Source: Bugula neritina (lineage: Eukaryota > Animalia > Bryozoa). From it: 64,000 nucleotides of DNA. Below, piece after piece: positions 1-16,200 of this stretch. Location of the stretch: positions 1,674,001 through 1,738,000 of the forward strand of contig CAXIUT010000230.1 in the NCBI GenBank assembly GCA_964035545.1, written 5' to 3'. The notes below the pieces were generated by a model. The model searched no databases. It worked only from the letters and a program-made list of their open reading frames with translations, and was not told where the DNA came from. Made by a program: the position numbers and the translations under genes. Every line of letters begins with the position of its first letter. Position 1 is the stretch's first letter.

Positions 1-3000
1 TTAAAATATACTGTAACATACTGAAATATACTTCAACATACTGCAACATACTAAACTACACTGTAACATACTGAAATACATTGCAACACATTGAAATATA
101 CTGCAACATACTGAAACATACTGCAACATACTGAAATATACTGCAACATAGTGAATTACACTATGACATATTGAAACATACCGCAACATACGGAAATGTA
201 GTGTAATATACAGAAATGAACTGAAACATACTGAAATATACTGTAACACACTGAAACATACTCTAACATACTGAAATAGACTGTAACATACTGAAATATA
301 CTGCAACATGCTGAAATGTACTGCAACATACTGAAGTATACTGCAAGATAGTGCAATGTACTGAAATACACTGTAAAATACTGAAATACACTGCAACACA
401 TTGAAATATACTGCAATATAACGAAATAAATGGTGAACTAGTGGAATATACTGTAACACAATGAAATTGACTGCAAGATACTGAAATATACTGTAACATA
501 CTGAAATGTGCTGCCACATACTGAAACATACGGCAACATACCGAAATAAAATGCGACACGTTGAAAATTACTGCAACATACTGAAATATACTGCAAGTGG
601 TGCATCATACTGAAATACATTGTGACACATTGAAATACACTGCAACATACCGCAACATACCACAACATACTGAAATATACTGCGACGCAATAAAATATAC
701 TGCAACATACTGAAGTATACTGCAACATACTGCAACATACTAAAATACACTGCAACATACTGAAATACATTGCAACACATTAAAACATACTGCAACATAC
801 TGAAACGTACTGCAACATACTGAAATATACTGCAACATACTGAAATACTCTATAACATATTGAAATATACTGCAACATACTGAATTACACTCTAACATAC
901 TTAAATATGCTGTAGCCTACTGAAATACACTGCAACACATTGAAATATACTGCAGCATACCGAAATGAATGGTAAACTAACGAAATAAACTGTAACATAT
1001 TTAAACATACCGGAACATACTGCAACATAATAAAATATACTGTAACACACTGAAATATACTGCAAGATACTGAAATTTACTGCAACATACTGAAACGTAC
1101 GCAACATACTGAAATACGCTGCAACATACTGTAATATCCTGCAAGATACTGCAAAACACTGAGTACACTGTGTCATACTGAAATACACTGCAACATACTG
1201 CAAGATACTGCTACATACTGAATTAGACTGTAACATATTGAAATACACTGCATCATACTGCAACATACTGAAATACACTGAAAAATATTGATATACACTG
1301 CAACATATTGAAATTTACTGCAAAATACTGAAACATAAGGCAACATACTGAAATATACTGCGACACGTTGAAATAAACTGCAACATACTAAAATATACTC
1401 CAACATACTGCAACTTCCTAAAATACACTGTAACATACTGAAATACACTGCATTACATTGAAAATTACTGCAACATACTGAAGCATACGGCAACATACTG
1501 AAATATACTGCAACATACTGAAATACACTATAACATATTGAAATATACTGCAACATACTGAAATACACTAAAACATATTGAAACATGCTGTAGCATACTG
1601 AAATACACTGCAACAAACTGGTGTATACTGTTATATACAGAAATGTATTGTAACATACTGAAGTATGCTACAAGATACTGAAATATACTGTAACATACCG
1701 AAACGTACGCAACATACTGAAATACGCTGCAACATACTGAAATATACTGCAAGATTCTGCAACATACTGAAATACACTATAACATATTGAAATATACTGC
1801 AACATACTGAATTACACTCTTACAAACTGAAATATGCTGTAGCATACTGAATTACACTGCAACACACTGAAGTATACTGTAATATACTGAAATGTACTGC
1901 GACATACTGAATTATACTGCGACATACTGCAACATACTTAAATACACTGTAACATAATGAAATATGCTGTAGCACACTGAAATACACTGCAAAACACTGA
2001 AGTATACTGTAATATACTGAAATGTACTGCAACATACTGGAATATACTGTAACACACTGAAATATACTCTAACATACCGAAATACACTGTAACATACTGA
2101 AATAAACTGCAACATGCTGCAACATACTGCAACATACTGAAATACACTGCAACACCTTGAAAAATACTGCAACATACTTAAACATACGGCAACATACTAA
2201 AATACACTATAACATATTGAAATATACTGCAACATACTAAAATACACTAAAACATATTGAAATATGCTGTAGCATACTGAAATATACTGCCACACACTGA
2301 AGTATACTGTAATATACAGAAATGTACTGTAACATACTGTAACATACTGAAACATACGGCAACATACTGAAATGTACTGCAACATACTGAAATATACTGC
2401 AACAAAGTGCAACGTACTGAAATACACTGTAACATATTGAAATACACTGCGACACATTAAAATATACTGTAACATACTGAAATATACTTCAACATACTGC
2501 AACATACTAAACTACACTGTAACATACTGAAATACATTGCAACACATTGAAATATACTGCAACATACTGAAACATACTGTAACATACTGAAATATACTGC
2601 AACATAGTGAATTACACTATAACATATTGAAATATACCGCAACATACTGAAATGTAGTGTAATATACAGAAATGAACTGTAACATACTGAAATATACTGT
2701 AACACACTGAAACATACTCTAACATACTGAGATAGACTGTAACATACTGAAATATACTGCAACATACTGAAATGTACTGCAACATACTGAAGTATACTGC
2801 AACATAGTGCAATGTACTGAAATACACTGTAAAATACTGAAATACACTGCAACACATTGAAATATACTGCAACATAACGAAATAAATGATGAACTAGTGG
2901 AATATACGGTAACACAATGAAATTGACTGCAAGATACTGAAATATACTGTAACATACTGAAATGTGCTGCCACATACTGAAACATACGGCAACATACCGA

Positions 3001-6000
3001 AATAAACTGCGACACGTTGAAAATTACTGCAACATACTGAAATATACTGCAAGTGGTGCAACATACTGAAATACATTGTGACACATTGAAATACACTGCA
3101 ACATACCGCAACATACCACAACATACTGAAATACACTGCGACGCAATAAAATATACTGCAACACACTGAATTACACTCTAACATACTGAAATAGGCTGTA
3201 ACATACTGAAACACACGGCAACATACTGAAATGTATTGTAACATACTGAAATATACTGCAACGTAGTGCAACGTACTGAAATACACTGTAACATAATGAA
3301 ATATGCTGTAGGACACTGAAATACACTGCAACACCCTGAAGTATACTGTAATATACTGAAATGTTATGCATCGTACTGAAAAATGATGCAACGCGTTGAA
3401 TTACACTATAACATATTGAAATATACCGCAACATACTGAAATGTAGTGTAATATACAGAGATGAACTGTAACATACTGAAATATACTGTAACACACTCAA
3501 ACATACTCTAACATACTGAAATACACTGCAACACAGTGGAGTATACTGTAATGCACTGAAATGTACTGCAACATACTGAATTATACTGCAACACACTGCA
3601 ACATACTGGAACACACTGTAACATAATGAAATATGCTGTAGGACACTGAAATACACTGCAACACCCTGAAGTATACTGTAATATACCGAAATGTTATGCA
3701 ACGTACTAAAAAATAATGCAACGCGTTGAATTACACTATAACATATTGAAATATACCGCAACATACTGAAATGTAGTGTAATATACAGAAATGAACTGTA
3801 ACATACTGAAATATACTGTAACACACTCAAACATACTCTAACATACTGAAATAGACTGTAACATACTGAAATATACTGCAACATACTGAAATGTACTGCA
3901 ACATACTGAAGTATACTGCAACATAGTGCAATGTACCGAAATACACTGTAACATACTGAAATAAACTGCAACATACTGCAACATACTGAATTACACTTGA
4001 ACATAATGAAATACACTGAAACACATTGAAATATACTGCAACATACCGAAATGAATGGTAAACTAGTGAAATATACTGTAACATAATGAAACATACCGGA
4101 ACATACTGCAACATAATAAAATATACTGTAACACACTGAAATATGCTACAAGATACTGAAATATACTGTAACATACTGAAACGTACGCAACATACTGAAA
4201 TACGCTGCAACATACTGAAATATACTGCAAGATACTGTAACATACTGAAATACACTGAAATACACTGTAACATATTAAAATACATTGCAAAACATCGAAA
4301 TATACTGCAACGTACTGAAATTTGCTGTAGCATACTGAAAGACACTACAACTCACTGAAGGATAGTGTGACATACGGAAATGTACTGCAACATGCCCAAA
4401 TATACTGCAACACACTGAAACATAAGGCAACATACTGAAATATACTGCGATGCATTGAAATAATATACTGCAACATACTAAAATATACTGCAACATACTG
4501 CAACATCCTAAAATACACTGTAACATACTGAAATACACTGCAACACCTTGAAAAATACTGCAACATACTTAAACATATGGCAACATACTAAAATACACTA
4601 TAACATATTGAAATATACTGCAACATACTGAAATACACTATAACATATTGAAATATACTGCAACATACTGAATTACACTCTTACAAACTGAAATATGCTG
4701 CAGCATACTGAATTACACTGCAACACACTGAAGTATACTGTAATATACTGAAATGTACTGCGACATACTGAATTATACTGCGACATACTGCAACATACTT
4801 AAATACACTGTAACATAATGAAATATGCTGTAGCACACTGAAATACACTGCAAAACACTGAAGTATACTGTAATATACTGAAATGTACTGCAACATACTG
4901 GAATATACTGTAACACACTGAAATATACTCTAACATATTGAAATACACTGTAACATACTGAAATAAACTGCAACATGCTGCAACATACTGCAACATACTG
5001 AAATACACTGCAACACCTTGAAAAATACTGCAACATACTTAAACATACGGCAACATACTAAAATACACTATAACATATTGAAATATACTGCAACATACTA
5101 AAATACACTAAAACATATTGAAATATGCTGTAGCATACTGAAATATACTGCCACACAGTGAAGTATACTGTAATATACAGAAATGCACTGTAACATACTG
5201 TAACATACTGGAACATACGGCAACATACTGAAATGTACTGCAACATACTGAAAAATACTGCAACAAAGTGCAACGTACTGAAGTACACTGTAACATATTG
5301 AAATACACTGCGACACATTAAAATATACTGTAACATACTGAAATATACTTCAACATACTGCAACATACTAAACTACACTGTAACATACTGAAATACATTG
5401 CAACACATTGAAATATGCTGCAACATACTGAAACATACTGCAACATACTGAAATATACTGCAACATAGTGAATTACACTATGACATATTGAAACATACCG
5501 CAACATACGGAAATGTAGTGTAATATACAGAAATGAACTGAAACATACTGAAATATACTGTAACACACTGAAACATACTCTAACATACTGAAATAGACTG
5601 TAACATACTGAAATATACTGCAACATGCTGAAATGTACTGCAACATACTGAAGTATACTGCAAGATAGTGCAATGTACTGAAATACACTGTAAAATACTG
5701 AAATACACTGCAACACATTGAAATATACTGCAATATAACGAAATAAATGGTGAACTAGTGGAATATACTGTAACACAATGAAATTGACTGCAAGATACTG
5801 AAATATACTGTAACATACTGAAATGTGCTGCCACATACTGAAACATACGGCAACATACCGAAATAAAATGCGACACGTTGAAAATTACTGCAACATACTG
5901 AAATATACTGCAAGTGGTGCATCATACTGAAATACATTGTGACACATTGAAATACACTGCAACATACCGCAACATACCACAACATACTGAAATATACTGC

Positions 6001-9000
6001 GACGCAATAAAATATACTGCAACATACTGAAGTATACTGCAACATACTGCAACATACTAAAATACACTGCAACATACTGAAATACATTGCAACACATTAA
6101 AACATACTGCAACATACTGAAACGTACTGCAACATACTGAAATATACTGCAACATACTGAAATACTCTATAACATATTGAAATATACTGCAACATACTGA
6201 ATTACACTCTAACATACTGAAATATGCTGTAGCCTACTGAAATACACTGCAACACATTGAAATATACTGCAGCATACCGAAATGAATGGTAAACTAACGA
6301 AATAAACTGTAACATATTTAAACATACCGGAACATACTGCAACATAATAAAATATACTGTAACACACTGAAATATACTGCAAGATACTGAAATTTACTGC
6401 AACATACTGAAACGTACGCAACATACTGAAATACGCTGCAACATACTGTAATATCCTGCAAGATACTGCAAAACACTGAGTACACTGTGTCATACTGAAA
6501 TACACTGCAACATACTGCAAGATACTGCTACATACTGAATTAGACTGTAACATATTGAAATACACTGCATCATACTGCAACATACTGAAATACACTGAAA
6601 AATATTGATATACACTGCAACATATTGAAATTTACTGCAAAATACTGAAACATAAGGCAACATACTGAAATATACTGCGACACGTTGAAATAAACTGCAA
6701 CATACTAAAATATACTCCAACATACTGCAACTTCCTAAAATACACTGTAACATACTGAAATACACTGCATTACATTGAAAATTACTGCAACATACTGAAG
6801 CATACGGCAACATACTGAAATATACTGCAACATACTGAAATACACTATAACATATTGAAATATACTGCAACATACTGAAATACACTAAAACATATTGAAA
6901 CATGCTGTAGCATACTGAAATACACTGCAACAAACTGGTGTATACTGTTATATACAGAAATGTATTGTAACATACTGAAGTATGCTACAAGATACTGAAA
7001 TATACTGTAACATACCGAAACGTACGCAACATACTGAAATACGCTGCAACATACTGAAATATACTGCAAGATTCTGCAACATACTGAAATACACTATAAC
7101 ATATTGAAATATACTGCAACATACTGAATTACACTCTTACAAACTGAAATATGCTGTAGCATACTGAATTACACTGCAACACACTGAAGTATACTGTAAT
7201 ATACTGAAATGTACTGCGACATACTGAATTATACTGCGACATACTGCAACATACTTAAATACACTGTAACATAATGAAATATTCTGTAGCACACTGAAAT
7301 ACACTGCAAAACACTGAAGTATACTGTAATATACTGAAATGTACTGCAACATACTGGAATATACTGTAACACACTGAAATATACTCTAACATACCGAAAT
7401 ACACTGTAACATACTGAAATAAACTGCAACATGCTGCAACATACTGCAACATACTGAAATACACTGCAACACCTTGAAAAATACTGCAACATACTTAAAC
7501 ATACGGCAACATACTAAAATACACTATAACATATTGAAATATACTGCAACATACTAAAATACACTAAAACATATTGAAATATGCTGTAGCATACTGAAAT
7601 ATACTGCCACACACTGAAGTATACTGTAATATACAGAAATGTACTGTAACATACTGTAACATACTGAAACATACGGCAACATACTGAAATGTACTGCAAC
7701 ATACTGAAATATACTGCAACAAAGTGCAACGTACTGAAATACACTGTAACATATTGAAATACACTGCGACACATTAAAATATACTGTAACATACTGAAAT
7801 ATACTTCAACATACTGCAACATACTAAACTACACTGTAACATACTGAAATACATTGCAACACATTGAAATATACTGCAACATACTGAAACATACTGTAAC
7901 ATACTGAAATATACTGCAACATAGTGAATTACACTATAACATATTGAAATATACCGCAACATACTGAAATGTAGTGTAATATACAGAAATGAACTGTAAC
8001 ATACTGAAATATACTGTAACACACTGAAACATACTCTAACATACTGAGATAGACTGTAACATACTGAAATATACTGCAACATACTGAAATGTACTGCAAC
8101 ATACTGAAGTATACTGCAACATAGTGCAATGTACTGAAATACACTGTAAAATACTGAAATACACTGCAACACATTGAAATATACTGCAACATAACGAAAT
8201 AAATGATGAACTAGTGGAATATACGGTAACACAATGAAATTGACTGCAAGATACTGAAATATACTGTAACATACTGAAATGTGCTGCCACATACTGAAAC
8301 ATACGGCAACATACCGAAATAAACTGCGACACGTTGAAAATTACTGCAACATACTGAAATATACTGCAAGTGGTGCAACATACTGAAATACATTGTGACA
8401 CATTGAAATACACTGCAACATACCGCAACATACCACAACATACTGAAATACACTGCGACGCAATAAAATATACTGCAACACACTGAATTACACTCTAACA
8501 TACTGAAATAGGCTGTAACATACTGAAACACACGGCAACATACTGAAATGTATTGTAACATACTGAAATATACTGCAACGTAGTGCAACGTACTGAAATA
8601 CACTGTAACATAATGAAATATGCTGTAGGACACTGAAATACACTGCAACACCCTGAAGTATACTGTAATATACTGAAATGTTATGCATCGTACTGAAAAA
8701 TGATGCAACGCGTTGAATTACACTATAACATATTGAAATATACCGCAACATACTGAAATGTAGTGTAATATACAGAGATGAACTGTAACATACTGAAATA
8801 TACTGTAACACACTCAAACATACTCTAACATACTGAAATACACTGCAACACAGTGGAGTATACTGTAATACACTGAAATGTACTGCAACATACTGAATTA
8901 TACTGCAACACACTGCAACATACTGGAACACACTGTAACATAATGAAATATGCTGTAGGACACTGAAATACACTGCAACACCCTGAAGTATACTGTAATA

Positions 9001-12000
9001 TACCGAAATGTTATGCAACGTACTAAAAAATAATGCAACGCGTTGAATTACACTATAACATATTGAAATATACCGCAACATACTGAAATGTAGTGTAATA
9101 TACAGAAATGAACTGTAACATACTGAAATATACTGTAACACACTCAAACATACTCTAACATACTGAAATAGACTGTAACATACTGAAATATACTGCAACA
9201 TACTGAAATGTACTGCAACATACTGAAGTATACTGCAACATAGTGCAATGTACCGAAATACACTGTAACATACTGAAATAAACTGCAACATACTGCAACA
9301 TACTGAATTACACTTGAACATAATGAAATACACTGAAACACATTGAAATATACTGCAACATACCGAAATGAATGGTAAACTAGTGAAATATACTGTAACA
9401 TAATGAAACATACCGGAACATACTGCAACATAATAAAATATACTGTAACACACTGAAATATGCTACAAGATACTGAAATATACTGTAACATACTGAAACG
9501 TACGCAACATACTGAAATACGCTGCAACATACTGAAATATACTGCAAGATACTGTAACATACTGAAATACACTGAAATACACTGTAACATATTAAAATAC
9601 ATTGCAAAACATCGAAATATACTGCAACGTACTGAAATTTGCTGTAGCATACTGAAAGACACTACAACTCACTGAAGGATAGTGTGACATACGGAAATGT
9701 ACTGCAACATGCCCAAATATACTGCAACACACTGAAACATAAGGCAACATACTGAAATATACTGCGATGCATTGAAATAATATACTGCAACATACTAAAA
9801 TATACTGCAACATACTGCAACATCCTAAAATACACTGTAACATACTGAAATACACTGCAACACCTTGAAAAATACTGCAACATACTTAAACATATGGCAA
9901 CATACTAAAATACACTATAACATATTGAAATATACTGCAACATACTGAAATACACTATAACATATTGAAATATACTGCAACATACTGAATTACACTCTTA
10001 CAAACTGAAATATGCTGCAGCATACTGAATTACACTGCAACACACTGAAGTATACTGTAATATACTGAAATGTACTGCGACATACTGAATTATACTGCGA
10101 CATACTGCAACATACTTAAATACACTGTAACATAATGAAATATGCTGTAGCACACTGAAATACACTGCAAAACACTGAAGTATACTGTAATATACTGAAA
10201 TGTACTGCAACATACTGGAATATACTGTAACACACTGAAATATACTCTAACATACCGAAATACACTGTAACATACTGAAATAAACTGCAACATGCTGCAA
10301 CATACTGCAACATACTGAAATACACTGCAACACCTTGAAAAATACTGCAACATACTTAAACATACGGCAACATACTAAAATACACTATAACATATTGAAA
10401 TATACTGCAACATACTAAAATACACTAAAACATATTGAAATATGCTGTAGCATACTGAAATATACTGCCACACACTGAAGTATACTGTAATATACAGAAA
10501 TGCACTGTAACATACTGTAACATACTGGAACATACGGCAACATACTGAAATGTACTGCAACATACTGAAAAATACTGCAACAAAGTGCAACGTACTGAAG
10601 TACACTGTAACATATTGAAATACACTGCGACACATTAAAATATACTGTAACATACTGAAATATACTTCAACATACTGCAACATACTAAACTACACTGTAA
10701 CATACTGAAATACATTGCAACACATTGAAATATGCTGCAACATACTGAAACATACTGCAACATACTGAAATATACTGCAACATAGTGAATTACACTATGA
10801 CATATTGAAACATACCGCAACATACGGAAATGTAGTGTAATATACAGAAATGAACTGAAACATACTGAAATATACTGTAACACACTGAAACATACTCTAA
10901 CATACTGAAATAGACTGTAACATACTGAAATATACTGCAACATGCTGAAATGTACTGCAACATACTGAAGTATACTGCAAGATAGTGCAATGTACTGAAA
11001 TACACTGTAAAATACTGAAATACACTGCAACACATTGAAATATACTGCAATATAACGAAATAAATGGTGAACTAGTGGAATATACTGTAACACAATGAAA
11101 TTGACTGCAAGATACTGAAATATACTGTAACATACTGAAATGTGCTGCCACATACTGAAACATACGGCAACATACCGAAATAAAATGCGACACGTTGAAA
11201 ATTACTGCAACATACTGAAATATACTGCAAGTGGTGCATCATACTGAAATACATTGTGACACATTGAAATACACTGCAACATACCGCAACATACCACAAC
11301 ATACTGAAATATACTGCGACGCAATAAAATATACTGCAACATACTGAAGTATACTGCAACATACTGCAACATACTAAAATACACTGCAACATACTGAAAT
11401 ACATTGCAACACATTAAAACATACTGCAACATACTGAAACGTACTGCAACATACTGAAATATACTGCAACATACTGAAATACTCTATAACATATTGAAAT
11501 ATACTGCAACATACTGAATTACACTCTAACATACTGAAATATGCTGTAGCCTACTGAAATACACTGCAACACATTGAAATATACTGCAGCATACCGAAAT
11601 GAATGGTAAACTAACGAAATAAACTGTAACATATTTAAACATACCGGAACATACTGCAACATAATAAAATATACTGTAACACACTGAAATATACTGCAAG
11701 ATACTGAAATTTACTGCAACATACTGAAACGTACGCAACATACTGAAATACGCTGCAACATACTGTAATATCCTGCAAGATACTGCAAAACACTGAGTAC
11801 ACTGTGTCATACTGAAATACACTGCAACATACTGCAAGATACTGCTACATACTGAATTAGACTGTAACATATTGAAATACACTGCATCATACTGCAACAT
11901 ACTGAAATACACTGAAAAATATTGATATACACTGCAACATATTGAAATTTACTGCAAAATACTGAAACATAAGGCAACATACTGAAATATACTGCGACAC

Positions 12001-13215
12001 GTTGAAATAAACTGCAACATACTAAAATATACTCCAACATACTGCAACTTCCTAAAATACACTGTAACATACTGAAATACACTGCATTACATTGAAAATT
12101 ACTGCAACATACTGAAGCATACGGCAACATACTGAAATATACTGCAACATACTGAAATACACTATAACATATTGAAATATACTGCAACATACTGAAATAC
12201 ACTAAAACATATTGAAACATGCTGTAGCATACTGAAATACACTGCAACAAACTGGTGTATACTGTTATATACAGAAATGTATTGTAACATACTGAAGTAT
12301 GCTACAAGATACTGAAATATACTGTAACATACCGAAACGTACGCAACATACTGAAATACGCTGCAACATACTGAAATATACTGCAAGATTCTGCAACATA
12401 CTGAAATACACTATAACATATTGAAATATACTGCAACATACTGAATTACACTCTTACAAACTGAAATATGCTGTAGCATACTGAATTACACTGCAACACA
12501 CTGAAGTATACTGTAATATACTGAAATGTACTGCGACATACTGAATTATACTGCGACATACTGCAACATACTTAAATACACTGTAACATAATGAAATATG
12601 CTGTAGCACACTGAAATACACTGCAAAACACTGAAGTATACTGTAATATACTGAAATGTACTGCAACATACTGGAATATACTGTAACACACTGAAATATA
12701 CTCTAACATACCGAAATACACTGTAACATACTGAAATAAACTGCAACATGCTGCAACATACTGCAACATACTGAAATACACTGCAACACCTTGAAAAATA
12801 CTGCAACATACTTAAACATACGGCAACATACTAAAATACACTATAACATATTGAAATATACTGCAACATACTAAAATACACTAAAACATATTGAAATATG
12901 CTGTAGCATACTGAAATATACTGCCACACACTGAAGTATACTGTAATATACAGAAATGTACTGTAACATACTGTAACATACTGAAACATACGGCAACATA
13001 CTGAAATGTACTGCAACATACTGAAATATACTGCAACAAAGTGCAACGTACTGAAGTACACTGTAACATATTGAAATACACTGCGACACATTAAAATATA
13101 CTGTAACATACTGAAATATACTTCAACATACTGCAACATACTAAACTACACTGTAACATACTGAAATACATTGCAACACATTGAAATATACTGCAACATA
13201 CTGAAACATACTGTA
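1..13215. repeat. 5317-bp HOR (A+B), about 2.5 near-identical copies
   Basis: Identical pseudo-ORFs at 1/5318/10635, 2457/7774 and 4143/9460. The offset fails at ~13216 (CTGTAGCGTACTGAAAGACAC). Confidence 0.95.
3283..3853. repeat. 330-bp internal tandem duplication in B/C units (recurs in every B and C copy)
   Basis: ATATGCTGTAGGACAC at 3301 and 3631; ACGCGTTGAA at 3391 and 3721; seen as a 110-aa repeat inside the 321-aa pseudo-ORF. Confidence 0.9.
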
Positions 13216-16200
13216 GCGTACTGAAAGACACTACAACTCACTGAAGGATAGTGTGATATACGGCAATGTACTGCAACATCCCAAATATACTGCAACACAC
13301 TGAAACATAAGGCAACATACCGAAATATACTGCGATGCATTGAAATATACTGCAACATACTAAAATATACTGCAACATACTGCAACATCCTAAAATACAC
13401 TGTAACATACTGAAATGCACTGCAACACTTTGAAAAATACTGCAACATACTTAAACATACGGCAACATACTAAAATACACTATAACATATTGAAATATAC
13501 TGCAACATACTGAAATACACTATAACATATTGAAATATACTGCAACGTACTGAATTACACTCTAACAAACTGAAATATGCTGTAGCATACTGAAACACAC
13601 GGCAACATACTGAAATGTATTGTAACATACTGAAATATACTGCAACGTAGTGCAACGTACTGAAATACACTGTAACATAATGAAATATGCTGTAGGACAC
13701 TGAAATACACTGCAACACCCTGAAGTATACTGTAATATACTGAAATGTTATGCATCGTACTGAAAAATGATGCAACGCGTTGAATTACACTATAACATAT
13801 TGAAATATACCGCAACATACTGAAATGTAGTGTAATATACAGAGATGAACTGTAACATACTGAAATATACTGTAACACACTCAAACATACCCTAACATAC
13901 TGAAATACACTGCAACACAGTGGAGTATACTGTAATACACTGAAATGTACTGCAACATACTGAATTATACTGCAACACACTGCAACATACTGGAACACAC
14001 TGTAACATAATGAAATATGCTGTAGGACACTGAAATACACTGCAACACCCTGAAGTATACTGTAATATACCGAAATGTTATGCAACGTACTAAAAAATAA
14101 CGCAACGCGTTGAATTACACTATAACATATTGAAATATACCGCAACATACTGAAATGTAGTGTAATATACAGAAATGAACTGTAACATACTGAAATATAC
14201 TGTAACACACTCAAACATACTCTAACATACTGAAATAGACTGTAAGATACTGAAATATACTGCAACATACTGAAATGAATGGTAAACTAGTGAAATATAC
14301 TGTAACATAATGAAACATACCGGAACATACTGCAACATAATAAAATATACTGTAACACACTGAAATATGCTACAAGATACTGAAATATACTGTAACATAC
14401 TGAAACGTACGCAACATACTGAAATACGCTGCAACATACTGAAATATACTGCAAGATACTGTAACATACTGAAATACACTGAAATACACTGTAACATATT
14501 AAAATACATTGCAAAACATCGAAATATACTGCAACGTACTGAAATTTGCTGTAGCATACTGAAAGACACTACAACTCACTGAAGGATAGTGTGACATACG
14601 GAAATGTACTGCAACATGCCCAAATATACTGCAACACACTGAAACATAAGGCAACATACTGAAATATACTGCGATGCATTGAAATAATATACTGCAACAT
14701 ACTAAAATATACTGCAACATACTGCAACATCCTAAAATACACTGTAACATACTGAAATACACTGCAACACCTTGAAAAATACTGCAACATACTTAAACAT
14801 ATGGCAACATACTAAAATACACTATAACATATTGAAATATACTGCAACATACTGAAATACACTATAACATATTGAAATATACTGCAACATACTGAATTAC
14901 ACTCTTACAAACTGAAATATGCTGCAGCATACTGAATTACACTGCAACACACTGAAGTATACTGTAATATACTGAAATGTACTGCGACATACTGAATTAT
15001 ACTGCGGCATACTGCAACATACTTAAATACACTGTAACATAATGAAATATGCTGTAGCACACTGAAATACACTGCAAAACACTGAAGTATACTGTAATAT
15101 ACTGAAATGTACTGCAACATACTGGAATATACTGTAACACACTGAAATATACTCTGACATACCGAAATACACTGTAACATACTGAAATAAACTGCAACAT
15201 GCTGCAACATACTGCAACATACTGAAATACACTGCAACACCTTGAAAAATACTGCAACATACTTAAACATACGGCAACATACTAAAATACACTATAACAT
15301 ATTGAAATATACTGCAACATACTAAAATACACTAAAACATATTGAAATATGCTGTAGCATACTGAAATATACTGCCACACACTGAAGTATACTGTAATAT
15401 ACAGAAATGCACTGTAACATACTGTAACATACTGGAACATACGGCAACATACTGAAATGTACTGCAACATACTGAAAAATACTGCAACAAAGTGCAACGT
15501 ACTGAAGTACACTGTAACATATTGAAATACACTGCGACACATTAAAATATACTGTAACATACTGAAATATACTTCAACATACTGCAACATACTAAACTAC
15601 ACTGTAACATACTGAAATACATTGCAACACATTGAAATATACTGCAACATACTGAAACATACTGCAACATACTGAAATATACTGCAACATAGTGAATTAC
15701 ACTATGACATATTGAAACATACCGCAACATACGGAAATGTAGTGTAATATACAGAAATGAACTGAAACATACTGAAATATACTGTAACACACTGAAACAT
15801 ACTCTAACATACTGAAATAGACTGTAACATACTGAAATATACTGCAACATGCTGAAATGTACTGCAACATACTGAAGTATACTGCAAGATAGTGCAATGT
15901 ACTGAAATACACTGTAAAATACTGAAATACACTGCAACACATTGAAATATACTGCAATATAACGAAATAAATGGTGAACTAGTGGAATATACTGTAACAC
16001 AATGAAATTGACTGCAAGATACTGAAATATACTGTAACATACTGAAATGTGCTGCCACATACTGAAACATACGGCAACATACCGAAATAAAATGCGACAC
16101 GTTGAAAATTACTGCAACATACTGAAATATACTGCAAGTGGTGCATCATACTGAAATACATTGTGACACATTGAAATACACTGCAACATACCGCAACATA